Source: Eledone cirrhosa (Eukaryota). Taken from it: a DNA stretch of 64,000 nt. The translations under genes were made by a program, and so were the position numbers. Numbering within the stretch: position 1 is the first letter of the stretch; each line of letters starts with the position of its first letter. Below the pieces are notes generated by a model that saw nothing but the letters and a program-made list of their open reading frames with translations, did no database searches and was not told the DNA's origin. Shown here one piece after another: positions 13,033-25,790 of the stretch. The stretch lies in assembly GCA_964016885.1 (NCBI GenBank), contig OZ024754.1, forward strand, positions 38,440,001 to 38,504,000, read 5' to 3'.

Positions 13033-13075
13033 GCACTGGGCATGTTTCAGTTTTATTAGACCTCTTCAGCAAAGC
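13033..13075 (-). ncRNA. Degenerate minimal hammerhead-like motif
   Basis: Minus strand GCTTTG-CTGAAGA-GGTCTAATAAAACT-GAA-A-CATG-C-C-CAGTGC; U16.1 is replaced by C; related motif at 5982-6025. Confidence 0.4.
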
Positions 13076-15262
13076 ATTGAGTTTATACCATAAAATTGGA
13101 ATTAGTTTTTGTTGACTACAGGAGCAAGTTAGGGTATGAAGTGTAAAACTTGACAGATATAACACAATAGACATAATACATTTTAAAACTATGTGGTCAG
13201 TCTAACCACCTCTGCTCGAAATGTTGTGTCTGGAAGCTGGTTAACATCCTCTGAGAATTGCTCTTCACTGAACTTCTGGGAAATGTATCTTCATTCCAAA
13301 TCCTTCTCACTCCTGTTGGAGAAACCCCTCCCTGGTTGACCTTCACTGTTTCCTATCTCTGGGTATACTGGGTCATGTGAGGTCAAGGAATTAGATAGAA
13401 ACAAATATCACCTTATATATTTATATTTGCTCCACTACATAGATTTAAACCATAGACACTGGTTGGCAGTTATCAGGTGAAAAATTGAACAGGTGCACAT
13501 AATGTCATGTATTTTTGGCTTTAATTAAATCTTATATTAGGTTGTAATGTGGTGAATCATTAGTGTCATTCAATAGAATATTGTGTGACATAAATTCCAG
13601 CTCTCTCTGATCTGAGTTCAAATCCTACTGAGGTCAATATTGCTTTTCATCCTTTCAAAGTTGAGTAAGGTACCAGTTTACTACTGATGTTGATTCTTCT
13701 CTCTCTTTCTATCTTTGTTTCCCTTTCTCTTTTTCTCTCTGGAGGAAATCAACTGTGGTCATATCTGGAATGAGATGAGCTCCATCAGGTTTAAAATTCC
13801 CTAGAAATGCTCCTGAAACTCTGTCAAGAATTGAGGGCTGAAGGATATTAGCTTGTATGATCTGATTTTCTCATGTGGTCAAACCTAGAGAAAGATGGGT
13901 TTCACCAGGTTTTAAATGCCGAAGTCATGTTCCTGAAATTCTGTCAGGAATTGATGACTAAATGATATTAACTTGTATGATCTGATTTTCTGAAATTATT
14001 TATTTATTTTATATTTTTTAGTTTTTGTTCTGTTTTCAAATATGACCTGTAGAATAAATGAGATAATCTACTGACATGAGTAATGGTATAATATGGTTGA
14101 ATAGCCAGGGGCAAGCTTTGAGATTCTGAGAAACTTAATTTTGCTTTGTAATAAATATCTGAAATAGAATTAATATAGAAAAATACAATTAAAAGTTGAG
14201 AAAAATCAAAACAAGAAACAAAAGAGAAACAACATAAAAAAAACAACAAAACATAAAAAACAAACCATAGAAAACAAATCACAAGGAAGGCAAGAAAAAA
14301 CCCCTCAAAAGAATACTATTGTTAGCCACTCTCATCCCTACACTGTTATCTAGTCGGATTATATAAAGATTAGACACCAGCTAAATCCACCTGTCTCTCT
14401 AGAGAAGAATATACGGGGAATTTTTATCCACTCTCCTACACTTACAATTAATCTGTTGAGCTCAGAAGTATTTCTTTTGACTGTAGCTTTAGTATATATA
14501 TCTCTACAGTAGTTGTATGATTTGTGAGCTTTTTAGCCTATGTAGAGAGAGAGAGAGAGAGAGATAGGGTGAGAGAAAGAGAGATGGCAGTGTTAGTGGG
14601 GTGGGTGGATGTATGTATGTATGATGTGCATATATATATATATGTATGTATGATGTGTGTATATGTGCATGTATGCATGATGTGTGTATATGTGTATGTA
14701 CGTATGATGTGCATATATGTGTATGTATGTATGTATGTGTGTAATGTGATGGGAAGGACATCCAACAGTGGAGGACCTGCCAAAGAAAGGGTTGTGAGGA
14801 CACTTCAGCCATGTCAAGACATGACAGCCTCTCTAGTGTTTGATGTCCTACACGATAAACACACCCAGTAAACACTGTAAAGTGGTTGGTGATAGGAAGG
14901 GCATCCAGCTGTAGAAAGCTTGCCAAACAAAGTGTTGGGAGGCCCTCAATTCTGTTGAAGACATGACAGCCCGTCTAGTGTTTGGTGATCTACACAATAA
15001 ACACACCCAGTGCACACTATAAAGTGGTTGGTGACATGACAACCATCCCTGTGCATGACTGTACATAAGTGAAACAACAGATCCCTGGCTTGTCGGGGGA
15101 AGTCAGTAGCCATTGGTTCAGTACTGACTTGATCTATGTAGACATGTCCCACCCTTGCTAGCAAGGAAAGCAGATGTTAAAATGATGATGATGATGATGA
15201 TGATGATGAGAGCATTGTCACATATCCTATAAGTGTTCTGTAAGTCAGCAATATTTTTTTAG

Positions 15263-15446
15263 TGGATTGGCAGTATCGGTAGAGGGTCGGACGCCATGCT
15301 TTCCAGCATAGTTACGTCCCTTTACGATCTGAGTTCAAATCCCGCCGAGGTTGACTTTGCCTTTCATCCTTACGGGGTCGATAAAATAATGTACCAGTAA
15401 TGAACTGGGTAATTGCTGGCCTTGTGCCTAAAGTAGAAACAAATAT
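15263..15446 (+). mobile_element. SINE family A
   Basis: Matches family A consensus. Confidence 0.88.
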
Positions 15447-15962
15447 TTTTTTATATTTTTATAATATATGATGGGATTTTTTGTGATGTTTTGTTTTTGT
15501 TAACATCTCTGTTACCACCAAGATGTTTCACTATCAATGCCAGGGCATATAAACAGCCATTGATTTGCTAAAATGTAGGGGGTTCTACTTCTATTTGTCG
15601 TAAAATATTTACACTGAATTTCATCAATAGCACACAGAATGATTTCTTTTTGTTTAATATTGTGGTTTTATATCGTCCTGTGAGAGAAATGTTTATACAT
15701 GAATTAATTTCTCTCTGGAAAGTTTTGCTGAGAGTATATTTCAGTTGTTTATATTCTTGATTTTACCAGCTAATGGCAGACATTATTTTTACCTTTTAGG
15801 GGGTTAATATGTTAATTTTTTTTTTTTTTTAAACCTTTTTGGGGGGGTTAATATTGTGTGAATCTCGGGAATTTTACCCGCCCTAGAAATATTGTGAAAA
15901 TATTTCAGTTGACATAGACCGTGAACAAGACATATCCAGCACTTGCTAGCAGGGAAAACAGA

Positions 15963-16005
<43 letters not shown>

Positions 16006-16133
16006 AAGTTATATTTAAAATTGTTGGGTTACAACTAGTAAATATTTATAACTGATATAAAAGCACTCGACAAATATTTGGAGTATATTTACAATATTAA
16101 ATAAATGGAAAACTATATTTATAAAACCATATT

Positions 16134-16199
16134 TATTTCATTATATATATTTCGGGGATATCATATTAACAATATGCTATGCCTTCATCAGACAAAATA
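16134..16199 (-). ncRNA. Minimal type-I hammerhead ribozyme (left arm)
   Basis: Reverse complement of 16372-16437. Confidence 0.7.
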
Positions 16200-16371
16200 C
16201 AATATAAACAGTTTTATAGATAAATATATTCGACATACCGTAATAAACATCAACTTCATTTGAAGAGGTTTACTCTAGTAGAGTTTACTCTGCTAGAGTA
16301 AACCTCTTCAAATGAAGTTGATGTTTATTACGGTATGTCGAATATATTTATCTATAAAACTGTTTATATTG

Positions 16372-16437
16372 TATTTTGTCTGATGAAGGCATAGCATATT
16401 GTTAATATGATATCCCCGAAATATATATAATGAAATA
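16372..16437 (+). ncRNA. Minimal type-I hammerhead ribozyme (right arm)
   Basis: Stem I TATTTTGT/ATGAAATA (2 GU pairs), CTGATGA, stem II with CATATT/AATATG, GAA-A-TATATA-T-A; predicted cut after 16429. Confidence 0.7.
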
Positions 16438-16768
16438 AATATGGTTTTATAAATATAGTTTTCCATTTATTTAATATTGTATATATATATATATATATAT
16501 ATGTTCATATATATATGTTCATATATATATGAACATATATATATGTTCATATATATATGTATATATATGTTCATATATATATGTATATATATATGTTCAT
16601 ATATATATATATATGTTTATATATGTATATATATGTTCATATATATATGTATATATATATGTTCATATATATATATATGTTTATATATGTATATATATGT
16701 TCAAATATATATATATCTTGCAAGCAGGGAAAAGCGGACGTAAAATGATGATGATGATGTTGATGATC

Positions 16769-16961
16769 AGAAAGGGTGTGGTAAAATACCAGGTAGACCA
16801 TAACCCACCAGAGTACTCGATACTTGGGGTAGTAGAGTGGGTAATAGGAAAAGATTCAGGACCCCGACGGCTGAGCTCCGGCCGTTTCAACGGCTAGATC
16901 TGAACTCGGATCTACCTGTCAAAACAGCCGGAGCTCAGCCGTCGGGGTTCTGAATCTTTTC
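16769..16961 (-). mobile_element. Fold-back element family H
   Basis: GAAAAGATTCAGGACCCCGACGGCTGAGCTCCGGC.. and its reverse complement, plus an ~80-bp one-sided tail. Confidence 0.7.
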
Positions 16962-16970
16962 ATATATATA

Positions 16971-17753
<783 letters not shown>

Positions 17754-17757
<4 letters not shown>

Positions 17758-18550
17758 TGCATGGCAGTGAGACCTGGGCATTGTGTGCAGAGGATATACG
17801 CAGACTAGAGAGGAACGAAGCTTGCATGCTCCGCTGGATGTGTAACAGTAATATACGTGAACGGCAAAGCATAAACGAACTAAGGAAAAAATTAGAGATA
17901 AGAGGGATCAGATGTTGTTTACTCGAGAGAAGGCTACGTTGGTATGGACACGTGATGCGCATGAAAGTCGATAGCTGTATAACAAAGTGCAGGGCAATAA
18001 AGATAGACGGTAGTCACGGAATAGGCAGACCTAGAAAAACCTGGGACGAGCTGATAAACTCCGACATCACACACTTACACCTCTCCAAGACAATGTCACT
18101 GGACCGAGACCTTTGGCGGTACTCAGTAACAGAGAAGACCCGCCTTACCTAAATATATAGTAAAACCTACTCCAGCCAGTAGGCATCTCTAACAAAATAC
18201 ACCCCGTCCCACCACCACCACCCCCACCCGATCCACACCATCCCGTTCTATGTAAAGTTATGTTGGTGCCGCGCCATCGAGGCCGAAACAAATGAGATCG
18301 TGTAGGTGTCACGACAAAAAAACACACAGTCCACGCTGTAATGTGGCCGTGTAGGCAACACGGTAAAAACCTCCCAGACCCACACTGTAAATGTGGTTGG
18401 TGTTAGGAAGGGCATCCAACTGTAGAAAACCTGCCAGACAGTCCTATGCGAGCAAGACAATCACTCTTGCCTCAAGTGGGACTACCCCCGTCCAAACCCA
18501 TGCAAGCGTGGAACACGGACGTTAAACGTTGATGATGATGATGATGATGA

Positions 18551-18553
<3 letters not shown>
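17754..18553 (+). mobile_element. RTE-clade LINE, 5'-truncated: ORF C-terminus (to 18152), 3' UTR and (GAT)n tail, inside (TA)n
   Basis: MLHGSETW..RRLERNE..MLRWMC..RRLRWYGHVMRM..GRPRKTW..DRDLWR, uninterrupted. Confidence 0.9.
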
Positions 18554-18583
<30 letters not shown>

Positions 18584-18695
18584 TAATTTAATATATTTAC
18601 TAACATATGCGCACAGATGTACGCTAATGCCAGCAAATACACAGGTTATGTCATAGTACCTAGGTGGTTCAATGCAGGAGGATGCAGAACAATAA

Positions 18696-18805
18696 TATAA
18701 AAGACGTAAAATAAGAAAATTTAAAAAAAAATTTTTTTAAATTAACTTACTAATTTTAGTAAGTTAATTTAAAATAATTTTTTTTTTAATTTTCTTATTT
18801 TACGT

Positions 18806-18812
<7 letters not shown>
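18696..18812. repeat. AT-rich palindrome (~55-bp arms) next to (TA)n
   Basis: TATAAAAGACGTAAAATAAGAAAATT..TTAACTTACTAA / TTAGTAAGTTAA..AATTTTCTTATTTTACGTCTTTATA. Confidence 0.8.
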
Positions 18813-18864
<52 letters not shown>

Positions 18865-18867
<3 letters not shown>

Positions 18868-18999
18868 TCATCATCAGGGTGGGATGGGTCTTATTCAGCA
18901 CAGCATCTCTCCACTTGTCACGGTCCTTCGTCATCTCCACCGTGAGCTACAACGATCTGAGGTCTGTTCTCACCACCTCCGCCCATGTTTTTCGTGGTC

Positions 19000-19001
<2 letters not shown>
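18865..19001 (-). mobile_element. RTE LINE 3' fragment inside (TA)n
   Basis: RPRKTWAEVVRTDLRSL*LTVEMTKDRDKWRDAV followed by (GAT)n. Confidence 0.8.
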
Positions 19002-19037
<36 letters not shown>

Positions 19038-19150
19038 GATTTCTAAAGAATGAAAAAGTTCTAGTCCTGTAGAATCTCATCTATATTAAAACTAATATAT
19101 ATATATATATATATATATAAGAACAAAAGATGGTTAAAAGAGTTCCATGT

Positions 19151-19219
19151 ATTTTATTATGCGCATTTCAAAAACAAATATCATCATGCAATAATATTTG
19201 TGTTTTCATCAGATAAAAC
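19151..19219 (-). ncRNA. Minimal type-I hammerhead ribozyme
   Basis: Minus strand: GTTTTAT-CTGATGA-(ACAAATAT..ATATTTGT stem II)-GAA-A-TGCGCA-T-A-ATAAAAT; stem III ATGCGCAT is palindromic. Confidence 0.8.
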
Positions 19220-19370
19220 AGGAAGACATGATATGAAGGTTAAAAAACACTTGTGGATAGTATATATTATATATTATATATTATGTATACTCCAGTCCTA
19301 CAAACTGTAGAGTGCTTCTTATCTGATATCTGCATTGCTTTATTGTACTATAATAAAACTCACCTCCTAC

Positions 19371-19412
<42 letters not shown>

Positions 19413-19539
19413 TCTCTATATATATGTTTGGCTAAGGGCAGTGTGTACAATTGTGTTCGGACTATTGAAGAAAAGTAAACATCTGCAGAATGTTGCATTT
19501 TTTTGTTGGATGATGTTTTATTGGCAAGATTTAAGTTTA

Positions 19540-20022
19540 GTGTGTGTGTTTGAGAGGGTGTGAGTGTGTAAGAAAGGGAGAGTGTGTGTGTGTAAGAGAA
19601 AGGGAGAGTGTGTGTGTGTAAGAGAGAGGGAGTATGTGTGTAAGAGAGAGGGAGTATGTGTGTAAGAGAGAGGGAGTATGTGTGTAAGAGAGAGGGAGAG
19701 TGTGTGTAAGAGAAAGGGAGAGTGTGTGTGTGTGTGTGTGTAAGAGAGAGGGAGTATGTGTGTAAGAGAGGAGTGTGTGTGTGTGTAAAAGAGTGAGAGA
19801 GTGTGTTTGAGAGAGAGAGTGTGGGAGTGTGTGTGTGTGTAAGAGAGAGGGAGTATGTGTGTAAGAGAGGAGTGTGTGTGTGTAAAAGAGTGAGAGAGTG
19901 TGTGTTTGAGAGAGAGTGTGGGAGTGTGTGTGTGTGTGTGTAAGAGAGAGGAGAGTGTGTGTGTGTGTAAAAGAGTGAGAGAGTGTGGGAGTGTGTGTGT
20001 GTGTGTGTTTGAGAGAGAGAGA
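19540..20022. repeat. Compound (GT)/(GA) repeat
   Basis: Seen directly in sequence. Confidence 0.9.
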
Positions 20023-20611
20023 AGAATGTTAGTAAATATTTTGTTGGTGAAGAGAGGTGAATGTATCGGGGTAGGTAGAGGGTTAGGTGGGTTTACGAAG
20101 GAGACAGACAGATAAATGTTACAAAACAGTATATTTTAGGTGTGTCCTGAGAGAGGGCGGGGTGGTGGTAGAGGGTAAGTACAGTATCTGTGTAATTTTG
20201 GCCTGTAATCAGCACATTATCAAATACCTTATGTAATAAACCACTTCAAGCTAGATCAGACAGGAAGCTGTTTACTTTAGCAACGAGATAGACATCTTTA
20301 GACTCAACCATAATATTTGGAAAATTTCTTCTTAACCCCCATGGATAAATTCCATCTTTAATTCATGAATGCTTCAATAATTTGTGTCGAAGAAAAGGCT
20401 TAGGTTGGGGTGTATTCAACATTTTAACCTTGTATTACACTTTAAATATATTTTTGATGTACTTAACATTTGAGTTTGATAAGATATACTTGTAACCTGG
20501 TTTTTGATCCAGGTCTATTCTGTTCGCCGAGGCAATGAGGTGGCCAGCGCATGGGACCCCATTTGCTCCTAATAGTGAGAGATGGGGAGAGCAAGAGAAA
20601 CGGAGGCGATG

Positions 20612-20935
20612 ACATCATCATCATTTTACGTCCGCTTTTCCCTGCTTGCAAGGGTGGGACGGGAACTGATTCTGGCTTGATTTCTACAGCTGGATGCCCT
20701 TCCTCATTTACAGTGAGTGCTGGGTGCTTTTTTTCCGTGGCGCCTACACAATCACTTTACAGTGGAATGATAGGGACCCCAGTCCTATCATCTCATTTCT
20801 ACAGCTGAGTAAACTGGAGCAATGTGAAATAAAGTGTCTTGCTCAAAGAAACAACACATCACCCGATCTGAGAATTGAACTCACAACCTTTCGATTGCAA
20901 GACCAATGCTCTAACCACTAAGCCATGTGCCTCCA
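20612..20935 (-). mobile_element. SINE family B
   Basis: Reverse complement of the family B consensus. Confidence 0.88.
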
Positions 20936-22287
20936 TGTGTGTATATTTTTACACTATCGACCCTTTCATCTTACAGACAATTATTGTTGAAATATGTTTG
21001 AAGGGCTGATATTGGATTTCTTGCAGGTACTTGTTTATTGAATTTTAACACCCTATACTGATTTAGCAGGAAATATCTAAAAACAGGTTTGTTAATTCAT
21101 ATAGTATCTTTACTAAAGTGGACACATCGTTGTGAACATTTTGAAGGATCAACTCTTAACAAGTTGCAACGATACAACTGAAGATATCTAAAAATTTGCA
21201 GTAAACTAGACTTCAATTTTTAATGTGATGCAGCAGCCATAGTGATGTTTTGTGCTTTTCAAGAATGTCTTGCTAATGAGGTTTTATGTGGTGTAGGATG
21301 TTAAGATTTAAAGAAGTGTTTTTCTTGGCTGTTATTGGTACTCACATGGGATATAAACCAACTAGCATACGAGCCAATGAGTTTGACTATATATATATTT
21401 GCTTGATCTGTTGGAATTGGCAGCCAAACAAAACCCCCCTCTCAAATCATATTCTGCTTCTGTCCTTAAAAGGAGGAGGAGGACACTCTAGGTATTGGGT
21501 ACACTGTCTGTGAACAAAGATAGGATAGTCATGTCTGGAATGCCTTTAATCATAGATATGATCAATCAACACTTATCTGGGGTTAAACAATTACCAAAAA
21601 CTAATTAGAATTAACCTTTTTTGTTGTTTTTATTATCATTATTCGGGCTTTTAAAATTATTTTTTCTTTATTTTCTTTCAATCACCAATTGATACTCATA
21701 CCCCCCCACACCCTCCACACCCACACACACCCTCCACACCCCCCACACACCCTCCACATCCCTACACCCCTACACCCCTCTATACCTCCTACACCCCTCT
21801 ATGTAAACTGTCCTTGTAATGTCTCATTTTGCTCCCTTATGGCAAATAAATGAAATTATTGTTGTTGTTGTTGTTGTTGTTATTAGCACCCTTTCATCCT
21901 TGGCAAGGAGAGGGGACAATAAAATAAAGTACCAGTAACATACTGGGGTTGATTTAATTGACTTTCCTCTTCCTTTCAAATAGCTGGCTTTGTGTATTAT
22001 TGTTAAGTGAGTGAATTAGCAGAATTGTTTGGTATTAGACAAAATACTTTGCAGTATTTAATGATAGCCCTTTATATTCTGAGTTCAAATCCCACTGAAG
22101 TCAACTTTGCCTTTTATCCTTCCAAGGTCGATAAAGTAAAGTACCAGTCAAGTATTGGGGTGAGGTCAGTTTAATTGACTTTCTCCTTCCCCAAATTGCT
22201 GGCCAAGATCATTAAAATACCTGAAAAACCTTCCACGAGATGCAACCTCATAGGAAGCCAAACAAACCTGTATAGGTGTGGGCTGTA

Positions 22288-23015
22288 ACAACAACATGAT
22301 ATGACTGGGGCCCCTATCATTAAAACATCTGAAAAACCACCTAGGAGGTCAGTTAAAACTGCATTGGTATGAGCTGTAAGAACAACATGATATGACTGGG
22401 GCCCCTATCATTAAAATAGCTGGGAAACCACCTAGGGGGCCAGCTAAAACGGCATTGGTATGAGCTGTAAGAACAACATGATATGACTGGGGCCCCTATC
22501 ATTAAAACATCTGAAAAACCACCTAGGGGGCCAGCTAAAACTGCATTGGTATGAGCTGTAAGAACAACATGATATGACTGGGGCCCCTATCATTAAAATA
22601 GCTGGGAAACCACCTAGGGGGCCAGCTAAAACTGCATTGGTATGAGCTGTAAGAACAACATGATATGACTGGGGCCCCTATCATTAAAATAGCTGGGAAA
22701 CCACCTAGGGGGCCAGCTAAAACTGCATTGGTATGAGCTGTAAGAACAACATGATATGACTGGGGCCCCTATCATTAAAATAGCTGGGAAACCACCTAGG
22801 GGGCCAGCTAAAACTGCATTGGTATGAGCTGTAAGAACAACATGATATGACTGGGGCCCCTATCATTAAAATAGCTGGGAAACCACCTAGGAGGCCAGCT
22901 AAAACTGCATTGGTATGAGCTGTAAGAACAACATGATATGACTGGGGCCCCTATCATTAAAATAGCTGGGAAACCACCTAGGGGGCCAGCTAAAACTGCA
23001 TTGGTATGAGCTGTA
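22288..23015. repeat. 91-bp tandem repeat, ~8 copies
   Basis: AACAACATGATATGACTGGGGCCCCTATCATT.. recurs at 22381, 22472, 22563 and onward. Confidence 0.95.
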
Positions 23016-23167
23016 ATAATGTTATGGAAGAATATCTTTAAGTTATATGCTAAATACAGGCATGATAATATAGTTAGTTATTTGACTAAATTTCTGTTGA
23101 TTGTTTGTAAAATTAATTGAAAAAACATTGGTGTTGTATTTCATTAGAAATATGGTAATGAAAGAGG

Positions 23168-23382
23168 ATTTAAATTGGCTGTATCCAGCCAGAATCCCCT
23201 CACCTTTTTCTGTTCAAACCAGCTGTAACTGGCCACTCATACTGATTTTAAGGTAGTGTTCTCAAAATAAATAATATCAAAATCTCATAGATTCAGTATC
23301 GAGTGAGATAATTATGTAAGGTAAAGCTTTTACCATGAAAATATAACAGTAATATAGAGTAATATAAATGCTAAAGGGTTAA
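23168..23382 (+). mobile_element. MITE family A (left end missing)
   Basis: Family A body plus TAAATGCTAAAGGGTTAA. Confidence 0.8.
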
Positions 23383-23859
23383 GGCGTAACCCCTGGTTGA
23401 CCAATTTCCATTATAATTTCTTTTATTACGATAATATTCAATCACTTTCATAATTCCCTTGATATTAATGTTTATTGAAAGTTATCTCTGTACCGCCATT
23501 AGTCATCATCTAGGTGTTTAAACAAGTGGTTGTTTAGATAACTGCATTAATATTAGTTTTTTATCACCAAGGTTTGTATACCAGTAGGGTGAAGATTATT
23601 TTGTCATGGGTGGGTGGATGCCCCAGATATTTAGCAGCATGTTACTGCAATAGCAGTGTAAAAACAACTAATTACTGATGGAGTTCTCTGTTAATAGATA
23701 TTGTATATTTCAGGAAAACACACATCAAATAGAAGACTGTTTTTCAAATTCTTTGTGCTCAGCAATGCATTTCTTTCATACTGTTTAGTTGCCAACTCGA
23801 TGTTGTTATGGTTATCGGAATAGAAAAATAATACTATTTATAATAATAATAATCATGAT

Positions 23860-24074
23860 AATAATGGCTTCTTATAAAGGCACAAGGCCAGCAATTTTGG
23901 GGGCGGGGAAAGTCAATTAAAATCGACCCAAGTGCATGTCTGGTACTTTATTTTATCGACCTGTAAGGATGAAAGGCAAAGCTAACCTCAGCGGGACTCA
24001 AACTCAGAATGTAAAGGGCCACCACTTTATGCTGCAAAGCATGGTGTCTGACACTCTACCGATACTGCCAATCC
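23860..24074 (-). mobile_element. SINE family A
   Basis: Matches family A consensus. Confidence 0.82.
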
Positions 24075-24333
24075 ATCGCCCTAATAATAATTATTTCTAC
24101 TTTAGGCACAAGGCCAGCAATTACCCAGTGCAATAATAATAATAATAATAATTTCTAACTTTTGTACAACACCTCAAATTTCTAAAGAAGTACAATTGAT
24201 TAAATTGATCTCAGTATATAACAGGTACTTTTTCACTCCTTCTACAAACCTAACCCATTATTAATTATTGCCCTTCCTTTAGAACTCTTTTATAAAAGAA
24301 GGACTAAACTAATTCCAGAGTTCCTTTCAATAT

Positions 24334-24390
24334 GGTTCAACTGATGAACTGGCAGTCGTAGATCCTTCTAGTGAAACATGTGTATTCGGA
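24334..24390 (+). ncRNA. Hammerhead-like motif with weak stem I
   Basis: CTGATGA-ACTGGCAG..CTTCTAGT-GAA-A-CATGTG-T-A; stem I pairs poorly. Confidence 0.5.
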
Positions 24391-24510
24391 TAATGTATTG
24401 TTGATGCAATAAAATATCTTATATATATATAATACAACACGCCACTCAGATTGAGTGCTCTACCTATATTTTACGAAATTCAACTACACTATATATATAT
24501 ATATATATAT

Positions 24511-24800
24511 AGACCAAGAAAAACCTGGGACGAGGTGATAAAAACTGACCTTGCCCACCTACAGCCCTCTAAGACAATGACACTGGATCGAGACCTTTGG
24601 CGCCATGCAGTTGTACAGAAGACCCGACTGCCATTTCATACAAACCTACAGTCAGTAGGCACCTCTTAACTCAATGTACACCCCACCGCCACACCCTACC
24701 CCATCCTCCCTTTCCCGTTCCGTCCACTGTGTCAATGACACAACAGTCCACACTGCAAGGTGGTTGTGTAGGAGAAACGGTGAAAAGGCTCCCAGTCCAC
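24511..24800 (+). mobile_element. RTE LINE 3' fragment starting at (TA)n
   Basis: RPRKTWDEVIKTDLAHL..MTLDRDLWRHAVVQKTRL; same family as 17754. Confidence 0.82.
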
Positions 24801-25790
24801 ACCAACCAGCAATTGACCAAGTGTGGTGAGTACAGTTACACCTCTTATGTAATGCAAACCAAACAGAAAGCAGTGGAGATCAACCATGGAGGTTTTCCTT
24901 CAACATGTATGAGAAGAACCTGGATTGGATTGAATCCAGAATACAAAAGCCAGTAATTAAATACTGCACAACAATTTATCTGGGTTTCTACAGGTCTAGA
25001 ACTGTTTTATTCATATGATGAAATCATCAGGAATGTCCTAATGATTACAAATGAAACAGTTCTAGTAGTCTAGTGGAAGTCATTTATACACACACACGTG
25101 CATATACATACTAGCTGGGGTACCCAGCTTTGCCCAGGTGAACATGATAAGAGAAGACTAGTAGAAGAGAAAATGACTGTATAGGATGCATTGTCTGGTT
25201 TACAGTATGAGGCAGGACCGAAGTGTGTGTGTGTGACAAAAAAAGAAAAAGACTAAAAAAATCTTCCAGATACACCAGATTCTTTGTTTTACTTCTCTAC
25301 CAGGTTTAAAGAAATGCCCATGACATGTCATAATGGAATCCCTTTGACTCCATCAGGAATTACTGGTCCATACAAACATACATATGTTATAACTCCCTGA
25401 CAAGGTCTACAACTTTGCTTGCCTTGATCTAAATGATTTCATTCAACATCTACTTCACAGCAGGTGGCTTCAGACACTTTGCAGTTTCAAGTGGGAAAGG
25501 AATCCAGTTGTAAAAACAATTGCCCTGATAAACCTACTTCAAAACATTGTGAAATGGGTATAAAACAAACAAACAAACTGTAGAAGTGAAAAAAAAATAG
25601 ATGATAATAAAAACAGTAAAGAGAGGTGTTTCACTCTCTTTTCTGTTATTAACATCTATACATTATATATATATATTATGATATTCAAGAAGAATCTTCT
25701 CTTCACATATGTGAAGAGAAGAGACCAATGTAGTATGATAGAGACAGTTTGCTCCTGAGAGTCATTTCTTGTGTTTACAAAGTACAAAAC

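Larger units (their letters stand above)
16003..16481. mobile_element. Penelope-like pLTR-type fold-back element: 189-bp inverted arms plus a one-sided tail, flanked by (TA)n
   Basis: Arms 16090-16278 and 16293-16481 are reverse complements; each holds a hammerhead; tail is 16003-16089. Confidence 0.75.

Noticed and set aside
12944-13410. Unique-sequence short ORF or possible exon
   Set aside because: No recognisable homology or clear splice sites
13783-13991. Two diverged ~120-bp tandem copies
   Set aside because: Old local duplication; no structure or family I can support
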